A stretch of DNA of 64,000 nucleotides from NCBI GenBank assembly GCA_001643675.2, contig LSRY02000015.1, forward strand, positions 496,001-560,000, read 5' to 3'. This document shows positions 49,501 through 59,659 of the stretch, piece by piece; position 1 is the stretch's first letter, and each line of letters starts with the position of its first letter. Position numbers and translations under genes: made by a program. A model generated the notes under the pieces. It saw nothing but the letters and a program-made list of their open reading frames with translations. It made no database searches and was not told where the DNA came from. Source of the stretch: Monocercomonoides exilis PA203 (lineage: Eukaryota; Protista; Preaxostyla).

Positions 49501-52500
49501 GCTCATTTTGCACGATTTCTGAGTGCTTCTGCTCCACCACAGGAAGAGGTGGGTGGCTGTTTCTGAAATGCACCTCGACAGTTGAGCAGCCTCTGAACTT
49601 TGTTTTATCAAATATCACATTCAGAGACAACACTGCGTTCAGGGGAAGAGATGTGTATGTGAGATGCCATTCAATCGAAACACAAATTGTTGATGAGCAA
49701 TTCCTTTTGGATTTCAGAACACCGTTTGTGAAGGAGCGTGCAATGTGGGGCTGCACAACAGACTCGTTTGTTGGGGAAGAGGATCTTCTGCTGAGGGTTG
49801 TGAAATACCAGAGTGAAACGATATTTGTTTCTTCGGCAACAGGCAACCACGGAGATAGCAAGCAATGTGGAGAGTTCAATTCGCCATGCCACTCATTGGA
49901 TATTGGAGTTCAACACATCATTCCTTCATCATATTCTCAGCTGTTGATCTCGGAGGAGACGATCATCAATGGGGAATGTGATGTGCATGATGTGATCATC
50001 CGCTCACTTGAGTCTCCCTCAACTGCTTTGGTGCATCTGAACTCAACAATTTCTGGCTATAAGGGAAGTCTTCTCGAAACTTCAGAGAAAGTTCGGATCG
50101 AAAGTGTGCAATTTAACTTTGACCAATCATTTTCATATTCTGGAAGTTCAGTCATTCATGAAGCAAGTGGCCAGCTTTCTCTTTTATTTGTTGACTTCTC
50201 TTCTGTTGGAGAGTCAAACATCAATCAACCTGCTGTTGTTCTTGACTCAACCTTGCTGAGCATTGCAAAGGGGATTCTTCATATTGACAACTGCTCAATA
50301 TCACTCCTTTCATTCAAGAAGCCATTCTTTCAGTTTTGTGGAGATGAGATTTCGATGACAAACATGAAGCTAGAACAGATTGAATCAACAAGAAATTTAT
50401 TTGAATTTTGCAATTGTGGAAGTGTTGTGCTGAATGGAATTGATGCAGATGGAGTGAAGTTGTCAGAAGGTTGCATCCTTTCAATTGGCAGTTCAGCTTC
50501 GGGAAGTGTTTCAGTTGGAAGCTCCTCATTCAAGAACTGCTCGAGGAATTCAGAAGGAGCTTCTGTTCTTTCTGCATCCTCATCATCTGCTCAGATTGTT
50601 CTTTCCAACTGTTCCTGTTCAGCATGTAATTCTCTGTCAAGCAAAGGAAGCATGATGGAGATGAGAAATACGAAGGATATTTCCATGCACATATGTGAGT
50701 TTGAAGGATTGTTAGCAAAAGAGAGTAAGAATGAGAGAAATAATGCATTTAAAGAAATATGTGAATGGAATGGATCACTTGTTCACCTAGAAAACTCCAA
50801 CACACAGGCAAAAGAAATAAGGATGGAGAATTCATCGAAAGGAGGAATATCGATAAAAGGAGGAAAGGCTGTTATTGAGATGGGAATGATAACAAACAAT
50901 AATCCATTCATTGAAAAATATCCATCATTGAGAAGAAATATCATCTGCTCAGATTCTGCATCATTGACCATTTCCAGTTTGAAAGGAGGAGATGGAGTGA
51001 AAGATGACTCATCGATGTGGATGTTGAATAATGAATGTCTAATTGAAGGGATTGTTTCTGAAAGAGCATCTTCATTCTTCATTCCAGTGTTGGAGAGTGT
51101 TGAAACAAGGGAGAAAGGAGAAGAGGTGGAGGTTGTGTTCAAAGGGAAGCTTCTTCTCCCATGCAACTTGTCGTTCATGGTTGTGAAGCAGATTGGGGAT
51201 GAAAAGCAGATCGAAAAGCATGAGTTTGATGAGAGTGGATTTGCATCGGAAACAGAAGTTGAAGGGGTGGTTGCAAAGGAGAAAATAAGCGAGGCAGGAG
51301 ATGAGGCAGAAGTGAGAGTGAGCATTCTGTTTGGGGATGCCGACAAACAATCATCAACTGGTTCTTTCATTCTGAAGAACAGAAGTGAGCCCAAGGTGAA
51401 TGGAGATGAAAGGATAGTTGAAGGAGGAAAAGAAAGGAAATCTTATTTGTTGTTGATTGTTATTATCATGGCAATAATCCTTTTGATTGTTCTCATCATT
51501 GCAGTTGCATTTATTGTTCGGTGGAGGAAGGTGAAGGAAAGAAATGAGGAATTGGAAGAGATTGTGAATGACACAGTGAAAAAGGATCCGAAGCTGATTG
51601 AGATGGTGACGATGGAAATGTCACCAGAGGCACAGTGGAGGAGAGCGGAGAGAGAGGCAGAGAAGAAGAATGAAGAGAGGATGAAGAAGAGGGTGTATGA
51701 TACGAACATGGAATATTCAGAGTCATCAGAGCATCTTCTGTCTGAGAGTGGCTCAACTGAATATATATTGGGAAAAGATTCAGACAAGATCCCAGAATGG
51801 GCATTGGAGAAGGTTGAAGAAGAGGAAATTAGAAAACAGACTCCTTCTCCATCAATTTCTTCAACATGTTCAACTGATTCAGATTCCACATTTGTTCGAG
51901 GGGAGGATCTGTGCCCAACCACTTCATCGATGTCGAATCTGGTGGATGCTATGGCCTGTTCATCCCCTCATGAGAAGTTGATTGTGGACTTGAGAGATTC
52001 GCTGTTTATGCTTTTGCATGGAAAGAATAAGACAAAAGAGATGCCGATTGGCACATTGAAGGAAAGAGAGCAAACAGCTGCCCAGATCCTGTTCTGGGTG
52101 GCGAATGGGGCACTCCACTCCTTTGATGAAATGGAAAACCCTCTTCAATCTCTTTCCAATCTGAGCCCTCACATTGTGCTGTTCTCTGAGCATATGGTGA
52201 TCTGCATTGTGATGCATTCAGACTTATTGTCAGATGATGATTCAGATTCATCATCCATCTCCTCATCAACTGTTGTGACGTCTGCCAGTGGCAATGATGA
52301 TGATGATGACTTTCTGCCCTCATCAGCATTTGAGGATGAAGATAGCTTCAAAAAAGAGTGTCTGAGGTGGAAGGCGCCAGAGCTGCAGATGAACAAGAAG
52401 ATGGGGGCAACAAAGGAATCGGTGGCATTCTCGATTGGGATGATGCTGTGGGAGTGTCTGACCCTTCAAATCCCATTTGGAGAGTATGAGGCAGAGGTGG

Positions 52501-52881
52501 CAGGGCAGAAGATAGTGAATGGGGAGAGGCCAAGCATGAAGGAGGCAGAAGAGTCGATGCTGTTGCCCATGATTCTGTCGTGCCTGTCATCAGAGAGTGA
52601 AAAGCGGCTGTCTCTTCAAGGTCTGAAGCGCGAGTTCATCCAGCGATTTCCGGAAGGAGCAGTGATGCTCACGATGTCAGATGCAGTGATATATATCGAA
52701 GACTCAGAACAAGATGGAAGCTGCCAGATAAGCACAACAGACAGATGAGCGAAAAAATGAGAGAACAATAAAGAAGTTAGCTCAGTCAAAGATTCATCAG
52801 ATGATAATCAGTCAAACAATTCGAAAAGCACTCAATTGAGCTGAAGAAGAAAAGAAAAAAGAAAAAGAAGACTTTTTGAAA
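43517..52881 (+). repeat. Right arm of the large inverted segmental duplication
   Basis: See the left arm. Includes about 1.6 kb of upstream sequence, the gene and at least 130 bp of 3' flank. Confidence 0.85.
45099..52748 (+). CDS. Large single-pass receptor-like pseudokinase, copy 2
   Basis: 2549 aa ORF colinear with 136-7779. Same signal-like N-terminus, TM segment (YLLLIVIIMAIILLIVLIIAVAFIV) and degenerate kinase tail. Confidence 0.85.
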   Translation: MIMILFVLAECLCFTFCGTDTNDAQRNGYLIYHIHAQSESHVLASGSVVQLFCEMHNSSVELKEIMLEIADDDVEFDIREKSFLRLDDCLLMRKGGFSGHFVFNEGTCEMMNTTLNIEKRNDNCEFMTSLVKMKGEDASLLVRNSEWRNVVFCGSGSILRNGEGSFEGIKNSAFSNITMKFMETDEMPIGKVSMMKMSILEDCRVESSMNVLERGIVSGTEGSIAFSCNNCTFLHNERVDWRVGNTERNSTTETQTYKNAEWNECSAPCGGGLYVHDNSSATLTVENSSFVKCNATSTRGGGIFAINIAECTVKHSVFEECFCASSTDYGGAGAEVEELKVQVLVENCLFEDGWSGNDGGGLGIWRSKTINSNDCILDCIFLNCSAHYSTDSGGGGFITWYPSDKIVAKNCLFQRCYSARHGGAVSVQTKEYNGNLLWFCFFHNNSAPQGNDIYVHDNSTDSQLAWCFSTRTEGVRYYAGGDKSEWLPNEGGRSRFVASTQNQTNAKDTFSCGLNESCACLTISHCLTQMIVGFVEEMKVLSGTVVEGKGVDIGEKTISVNGVSPSGSAIETKFEGNGLSLFCVGTGELAVSDLSVIHNSSFENNRRSRLFEVQGFGGINLERLNISMDADHSEERSIQNSLVKMEGGSLKMKDVRWGQTFSTTSMISLPQEATVTLFLDNCTFNNIVRTTAGSSLINVDEGLYSITLEGCTLDGCGSEASEFGGGMMIEVGNVGSLSVSGGVVRNCYASTMQGRGGGIGLKVSNINANFLISSGFEGNRAKWGSDIFVDSINLESTAKSGKITCLTASLDSFDKVRGYDNGNTSLAIPLCIYLFNPEEVYVSNTEAYDHSHCGIVQFPCLTLKHSLTRQTGTKKVVVSGMIMMNDELSFANQKHEIRGNDDQSGWTVSDASSTSNSAMITANVETELSKLIFSLPPSLSSRSTFISSSSQLTLYHCSLSLQDHSSELTFLFLSVESGSLAIDSFSASSITLSGNPLISLSGSGTNTELMNTKWLNMTNCNFTKIERKAGSGGCVSIDNNNDENSNTQIKIEECDFDGCSVLADESRGGAINAQLKGNIQMDITSCTFTGCTAPAGEEGKNGFGGGIALKLIDDHSSFVISSPIFDSKEPNVAKYGNDLFVESSNLTKSITNTSLPFVSGHLSDISLDSMRGFDGNDTANAIPLIYFWRTLGSEIFVGGEGRDMGACGFSDYPCLSIDYSLDRLTDGNEKNMNIIGKAILQKSVDVSGFSISSNNTDMCSLECLSLLEGAEEAAMKISGITSFELICFVIPSSFTSGVNYLMDVGSSEGSLTLKDCSFIKKEVNDGEKEKMNFGLIKADGGTVVLEFVSMQSLRFAKDVISVLSTTTLNFKNLTMKNVELEGASGLRISKSSGREKNEEEQDVVIEWSIFEEITQNTTDDIPIIRNEDIDEPLKMVIRNTTMKKCGGTRCGKGGGMFCVLNEGGSFDCSFCTISECFCSTTGRGGWLFLKCTSTVEQPLNFVLSNITFRDNTAFRGRDVYVRCHSIETQIVDEQFLLDFRTPFVKERAMWGCTTDSFVGEEDLLLRVVKYQSETIFVSSATGNHGDSKQCGEFNSPCHSLDIGVQHIIPSSYSQLLISEETIINGECDVHDVIIRSLESPSTALVHLNSTISGYKGSLLETSEKVRIESVQFNFDQSFSYSGSSVIHEASGQLSLLFVDFSSVGESNINQPAVVLDSTLLSIAKGILHIDNCSISLLSFKKPFFQFCGDEISMTNMKLEQIESTRNLFEFCNCGSVVLNGIDADGVKLSEGCILSIGSSASGSVSVGSSSFKNCSRNSEGASVLSASSSSAQIVLSNCSCSACNSLSSKGSMMEMRNTKDISMHICEFEGLLAKESKNERNNAFKEICEWNGSLVHLENSNTQAKEIRMENSSKGGISIKGGKAVIEMGMITNNNPFIEKYPSLRRNIICSDSASLTISSLKGGDGVKDDSSMWMLNNECLIEGIVSERASSFFIPVLESVETREKGEEVEVVFKGKLLLPCNLSFMVVKQIGDEKQIEKHEFDESGFASETEVEGVVAKEKISEAGDEAEVRVSILFGDADKQSSTGSFILKNRSEPKVNGDERIVEGGKERKSYLLLIVIIMAIILLIVLIIAVAFIVRWRKVKERNEELEEIVNDTVKKDPKLIEMVTMEMSPEAQWRRAEREAEKKNEERMKKRVYDTNMEYSESSEHLLSESGSTEYILGKDSDKIPEWALEKVEEEEIRKQTPSPSISSTCSTDSDSTFVRGEDLCPTTSSMSNLVDAMACSSPHEKLIVDLRDSLFMLLHGKNKTKEMPIGTLKEREQTAAQILFWVANGALHSFDEMENPLQSLSNLSPHIVLFSEHMVICIVMHSDLLSDDDSDSSSISSSTVVTSASGNDDDDDFLPSSAFEDEDSFKKECLRWKAPELQMNKKMGATKESVAFSIGMMLWECLTLQIPFGEYEAEVAGQKIVNGERPSMKEAEESMLLPMILSCLSSESEKRLSLQGLKREFIQRFPEGAVMLTMSDAVIYIEDSEQDGSCQISTTDR

Positions 52882-54868
52882 TCCAACTTCATTGAAACGT
52901 TTTGTATCTCCCCCTTTTGTGTTTTTATTTGTGAAATCAGCAGCATCTTCCGCTGCTGTGCATTCACTTTTGTTTGCATTTGCATTTTCCTTTATTCTGT
53001 TTGTCAATTTCTTTCTGTTTGTAATTCATGTGAAATTGTTTTATTTGAAGGAATTTGATTTTTTTTGTAAAATCAAGCTTTTTGTTCAATAATCAGCAAC
53101 ATTCATAACTTTTTATCATCTATTTTTTGTTGTTTCACATCATTCCTCTGTTTGTTTTGAATTTCTTTGTGAATCTTATTTTTGAAAAAGTCATTTTTCT
53201 TGCTCTGCTTTTTTCATTCACCAGTTGTGTTATTTTCAGAATTGATGTACTTCACAAACATGTATATTCATCATTTTTTTGTTTATTTGCATTTCAAACA
53301 TGTGTTCTTGCAAATTTTTTTTGTTGTGAAAAGCCATATCTTCATTTTCCGAACTCGATGAAAAGCAAGATTATGTGAGAAATTTTGAACTTGTTTTAAA
53401 AAATAAATGGAACGATATTTTTAATTTTATGAAAAAATCTACGATTTGTTCTAAACTTTTTTCACTTTCATTTCATAACAAGTCAAACATTCTCATTCAA
53501 AATTATTTGGAGAAAAAAAAAGAAAGGGTAAATGTATATTATAGGGGAACACGAATTTTTCATATTTTTTTTTTATTAACGAATTCTTTATAGTATATAA
53601 ATCATTTATTAATTAATAAAAATTTGAGATCATCAAATTGTTTGATAAATAATAATCAAGGTTTCTTAATATTTATGGGATAGATCAATAAATTTTCATG
53701 TCATTTTTTGAGTGCAAACCCAAAAAAGAAGAACGGGAACAAACCCTAAACTAAGCCTGGTTGACGGATTGAAAAATTGATGGTTACGTCAGTCAGTGGA
53801 ATATTTTCACGTCAATTGGCTTTTTCTTATCTCTCTCAAATTTTTGAGTCAATAAACACAAATTTTTAGTGAATAAAAATGTATGGCTGTTTTTTGAAAT
53901 AATTAATTATGTATTTCTTTTTTTCACAAAAGAAAGAAAATATTATGAACCATAATTCAAGAAATACTTATTCTGAGGAATGTCTTTTTGCAATTACAAA
54001 CTTGCAGTCAATGATAGCTAATTGGTTTGCATATTGTTGTATTTGCCTATTATCTGTAAATGCTCTTTTTTCGGGGAATCCTGTGGAACTTTTCGAAAAT
54101 AAGCAAAAAGTGGAATATCTTATTAATCTGCAAGAATATTGAGTTTATTCTACAAATTCATAAAGAAAGTTCACATGATAAAGAAGATTGGAAGTGAAAA
54201 CTGAGTATCAGACGATGAAACACTTGAAAATCGAAGGCATAATGAATTTTTTTGTAAAGGAAAACAAGCATTGACTAGTGAATAAAAAACAGAAAATTGC
54301 TTGAAAAAATGCTTAGAAGGTTTACTGTGGTTATTTTTTTGAAGTGATTTTTATTTTTCATTCAGGATGCTGAAAGAGAGAAGGATAGGATGACTTTGAA
54401 GATGAAGAAGAAAAGCAAGGAAGAAAAAATGAAATGAGGATTGATGAAATTAAAGATAAATCGAAGATGGCTTGCATTGTGCTTTGGAGAAGAATAAGTT
54501 TTTGAGGAAAGATGATTTTTTGTGAAATAAGGGAAGCGAAAAAAAAGAGACGGAATGAAAAAGGAATTGCTCTATATTTCCAATTTTTTGTTGGAAAGAA
54601 AGAAAGTGGATTGAGCTGAAAGTGAAAAAGGTTCAGAGGCTATTATTTTCCAAAAGACAAAAACCTGAAGAAGAAAATTCGATTGAATTTTTCCGTTGAC
54701 ATAAATTGACACTCATCTTCTCAATTTTCAACAATTAATCAATTCGGTCTATCCATTTACCATCATCATCATCTTCTTCTTCTTCTTCTTCTTCTTCTCA
54801 TTTAAATCTTCTTCTTCTTCTTCTTCTTCCTCTCCCTCTTCTTTATCTTCTTTTTCATTTTCTTCTTC

Positions 54869-57800
54869 TTATTCTCCTCCTCCTCCTCCTCCTCCTCCTC
54901 CTCCTCCTCCTCCTCCTCCTCCTTCTTCTTCTTCTTCTTCTTCTTCTTCTTCTTCTTCTTCTTCTTCTTCTTCTTCTTCTTCTTCTTCTTCTTCTTCCTC
55001 TCCCTCTTCTTTATCTTCTTCTTCTTCTCGTTTCAGACACAAAGGACAAGCTGTCACTTTCTCTACAGCAAGAAACAGAACAGCTTCGTTTGCAACATCT
55101 GTTGAGCCAACTTCTTCTTCTACTTCACTAACTTCAACATTATGTTTGAATCTTATGTCTTCTTCTTCTTCATTGGCTTCATCCTCAACAACTATATCAT
55201 CATCATCATCTTCTTCTTCTTCTTCTCCTGGCTTGTCTTCTTCAAAGAAATTTTCAAATAAAACTTCTCTTCTTTCACATTCTCCCTCAAAATCGAAATC
55301 ATCTGTGAAAATAACATCACATCCATCAACTTCTTCTTCCTCTTCTTCTTCTTTTTCTTTGCCTTCTTCTGCAATGTTATCACTCAAAGATGCATTCTTC
55401 TTCTTTCTCCGAACAATCTTTTTGATAACTTTTTTGCTCTTCCCTTTCTTCTCTTTCTCTTTCTGTTTCTTCCCTTCCTCTTCCTCTTCCTCTTTCTCTT
55501 TCTCTCCTTCCATCTCCCCATCCACATCCACCTCCACCTCCTTCTCTATCTCTTCCTCCGCTTTCCTCTTCTCCTCCAGCATCGCCGCATTCTTCTCATT
55601 CAACTCCCTCAATCGCTGCTCCAGCTCCTTCAGCATCTCCATCTGCTGCTTGTCTTCAGCTGATATCTCACTTTCTGCATCAGAAAGATCAGAAACTGAC
55701 GAAATCACTGACAAATCTGCATCATCTGCATCTGTTGGCGCTAAGCTCTTGACTGTTAAGGCATTGTGATCGGTGGATTCTCCTTCTTTTTCTCCTTTTT
55801 CTCCCTCTTTGACTTCTCCTTTTTCTGCTTCTCCTTCTTTTTCTCCTTCTTTCATCACATTTGGTTTATCAGAATTTGTCTGAGATTTGTCCAATGCTAA
55901 TTTGCTTTCTTTTTCTTCTTCTTCACCTTCTTTTCTTTCTTTTGCTTCTCCTTCTTTTATTTCACCTTCTTTTCCATCTCCTTCTCCTTCTTTTGTCTTT
56001 TCATCTTTAACTTCTTCCACTGCTCCTTCTGCTCCTCCTTCTGTTTCTGTAGCTTCTTCTTCTTCCACCTCAATCTCAATTTCTTCCTCTTCCCATTCCT
56101 CTTCTTCCTTCCTCTCTTTCTCTCTCCTCGCCTTCTCTGCTTTCTCTTCATCATCCTCCTCCTCCTCCTCTTTATCAACCTCTTCTTCATCCTCATCATC
56201 AACCCATCCAAACTCCTCTCCTTCCTCGTCCTTCCCATTCACTTTGCTCATCTCCCTCTTCATCCAATACCCCATCCTCGTCTGCCTCGCATGCGCCTTC
56301 AAACACCCCACAAACTTCCCTGATGACAGCAATTCCATCACCACATGCCTCACCAGCGAGTCAACAAAGCTCTGCATCGAACCAGCTTTCTCAAACCGCA
56401 TCGCCAGCTTCCTCACAATCTCTGCCAGCTTCCTCAGAATGAGCGAAGACCTAAGCCAGTTCTGCAGTGGAAGCGGCTTCATCAGCTTCTCCAGCGGCGT
56501 CTTCTGCATCTTCGTCTGCAGCGCCTGCTGCTCCTTCACCAGTTTCTCCCTCTCTCTCTTCAGCTGCTCGATCGCCTCTCTCTGCACATCATCATTCCCT
56601 CTGCCTGCTGCTCCACTGGCGAGCGATTGGAGAGAAGAAGAGGCCGCAGAAAGAGCAGCTGTGAGGGACTCAACCTCTGCCAGCGAAGCCGCCAGCGACT
56701 GCAGCTGAGACGGCTGTATCATCGCCATTCGGTTTGTGAGGAACGTGAAGATGTCTGCTCGCCAGTACAGCCGCGGCAGATGAGGGAACGATGCTTCGAG
56801 TGTGTCTAACATCGCCTCATTGTCCTCTTCCTGCAGAAGAGACAGCAGATTGTCTCTTTCTTGCTCCTCTTCTTCCGCTTTCCGCTGGCTGATCTTCAGA
56901 CGCTCTCGCTCAATCTGTGCATCTGACTGGAACACAAGTGTGCGGTTCATTTGGGTGAAGGCATAAGAATCTGATTCTGTTTCATCATCTTCTTCGTTTT
57001 CTTCTCTTTGTTCTTCTCCTTCTTCTCTTCTTCCTTCTTTTGTCTGCTCATTTGCTTCTTCAACTTTTTCATCATAATTTCTATCTGATTCATCCATCAA
57101 CATCTTTTTCTTTCTTCTCTTTCTTTTCCTTCATTTCCTCCCTTCTCTTTCTCCTCCTCATCTCCTTCTTCACTCTCCTCCCCTCTTCTCCATCAAACCT
57201 CTCGTCCCATCCTTCCAACCTCCTCCTCCCATTCTACAGCAACGAAGCCACACATCTCGCAATTCCAATCCCTTCGCCTGCTTTCGTGAAGCTGTGATGC
57301 AAAACACACAGCAACATCTCAATCTCTGCTTTCTCCACAACACCTGCGCAGAAGCCGGCTGCGCAGATGGTTGAGCATTGGCGGCACAGGCACTCCCGTC
57401 GGGAAGAGGAACATGATGTTAGTCAGCTGCACAGCACATTGGGCAGATGAGAAGGGAGGGTAGAGAGGAGAAGGGGGAAATCGAGTGTGTAAAGAGGGAG
57501 GGAGTCTGCAAAGAGAGAAGGAGCGCGGCAGGTTGGGAGAGAAGAGGAGGCGAAGAACGACAAAAGAGAAGACAGCACGATTTGGGTGTTGCTGTGGAGG
57601 AGCTGCAGGTTCTGCTGCTGGCTGTTGGCTGATTGGAGAAGAGTGGCACACAACAGGGAAACAGTGCGGAGGATGGGGAAGGCCCAGATCTCGGCATAGG
57701 GAGAGGCAGAGGCAGCGGTGATGATTGCCTGGAAATGAGATGTGCGCAAAGAGATTTGAGAAGAAGAAGGTTTTGCAGTGGAAGCAAAAGAAGAAGAGGA

Positions 57801-59150
57801 AGAGGAAGAAGAAGAAGAAGACAAAGAAGAAGAAGAAGAAGACAAAGAAGAAGAAGAAGAAGAAGAAGAAGAAGAAAAGAGGAGGAGGAGGAGGAGGAGG
57901 AAGAGGAACATGAAGCTGGTTGAGAGCTAGCCACCAAATGCGGAATGTGCTTAATAGAGCGAGAAAATGAGAAATGCTACCAGGGAGACTCAAACGAGAT
58001 AGGAGGAACTTAGTCCTTGTCATATGACTCTGAAAACCGCTTTGTATCTCTTTCAACTACCTTCGGTGTTCTGCAGCTTGTTATTTCAACATGGAACAAT
58101 GAATGACTTTTATGCTTATTTGAGTTTGTGTCTGCTTCATTGGAACATGTGCAATCTTCACAATCCTTTTCATTGGCAAATGAATGTTCGACCTCTTCTT
58201 CTCTTTCTCTATCTCTTTCCCTCTCTGCATCGTCCATTCCAGCTTCTCCTTCTTCGCCTCTATTTCTCCATTCTTCATTCACTCTCTCAGCTGAATGTGC
58301 TCAAACGGATTAAAACCACAACAGAAGACAAGTGCAAAAAGGTTAAAAAGCAACAGGAAAGCGAGCAACTAAAGAATTTGGCAGAGAAAATTACACATTC
58401 GAAGAGGAATACGAAGAAGAATGGAAAGAGGAGGTGGAAGAGCTGGATGTTTGTGGGAAAGCATCAGGAAAGAGATGTGAATGAGCACAAGGCGAGCCAA
58501 CTACCGACGAATAGGATGAAGAAGCGACTGAAGATTTGGAATTATAATTGGAGATAGAAGGAGACAGATTTGAAATAGCAGAAGAAGATAAAGAAGAAGA
58601 CATGCTAAAGGGCGAAGAGGAAAAGAAAAGAGGAGAAGATCCATTATAATTCCTGTTTTGAACAATCTCATCAATTGGAGTGGAAGCATTGAAGAAGAGA
58701 GAAGAGACACAGCTGGACAGATCAGAGCTGCATTTAGCGAGTGTGTCGCGACCGATCCAAAAGGCAGTTGAAACGCACCGCTTTGGAATTCGACTGATTA
58801 ACTGAGAAGAAATAAAATGGAAGAGGAAAAAGATGAAGAAGAAGACGATGATAATGATAGCGATGACGATTTTCACTTGAGTCATTCTGTTGTTTCATTT
58901 CTTCTTTTTCTTCAATATCTTCTTCTTCATCGGTTGTTGTGCTTTCATTCATTCCAATGGGAATGATGTCTGACGTGATGAGTGCTGCCCTCAAAAGCGA
59001 CAGGTCGTCTTTGCTGAGAGAGAAGCAGTCGTCGATGGTGAACAGCACGGAATCTCTCAGCTGATCGCAGGAAACGAGATGGATGACTGGCTGTGGGATG
59101 AGGGGAAACATAGCAACAATCGGTGGAATGTGTGTGGGAAAGGACAATAG
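54869..59150 (-). pseudogene. Cargo: disrupted low-complexity (Ser-rich then Glu-rich coiled-coil) coding sequence
   Basis: Protein-like segments hop between frames with in-frame stops (58734-59147, 58391-58885, 57319-58056, 57423-57911). They end in a 744 aa Glu-rich ORF (54869-57103). No recognisable family. Confidence 0.5.
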
Positions 59151-59659
59151 CTCCGTTGGTGAAGAAGAAAGTTAAAAAGAAGAAGATGGTGAAGAAGGAA
59201 AAGATGCTGTTATAGAATTGGAAATATCAATGAAGAGTTAAAATAAAATTGAAAAATCAACAAACAATAACGGAATTCAGAAAGTGAAAAGATATTCACA
59301 AAGATGTGTGGAAGACAGAATGCATGACATAGAAGATATGTTGAAAGCCATAAAAGGACTTCGAACATATTCATAGAAAAGAAGTGAGATTGTATTGAAA
59401 AGAGCAACAAACGCAACACATATTCTCCTTATCGTTTACTTCCATCACAAATATTGCTTTCAGTTTCCTCATTCAGATGTTCTTCTTTTTATTTGCTCAT
59501 TGACATTAACGCTTTACAAGAACGATCTTAAAATATGCTGTTTATTCATGAAAATATTGATTGATATTTTTGTGAAAATCAAAAAAGAAAACAGATAATT
59601 TATTGTTTTTTTTATATTTATTGAAAGTATTGTGAAATGAAAACACTTTTGTCAAAAGG

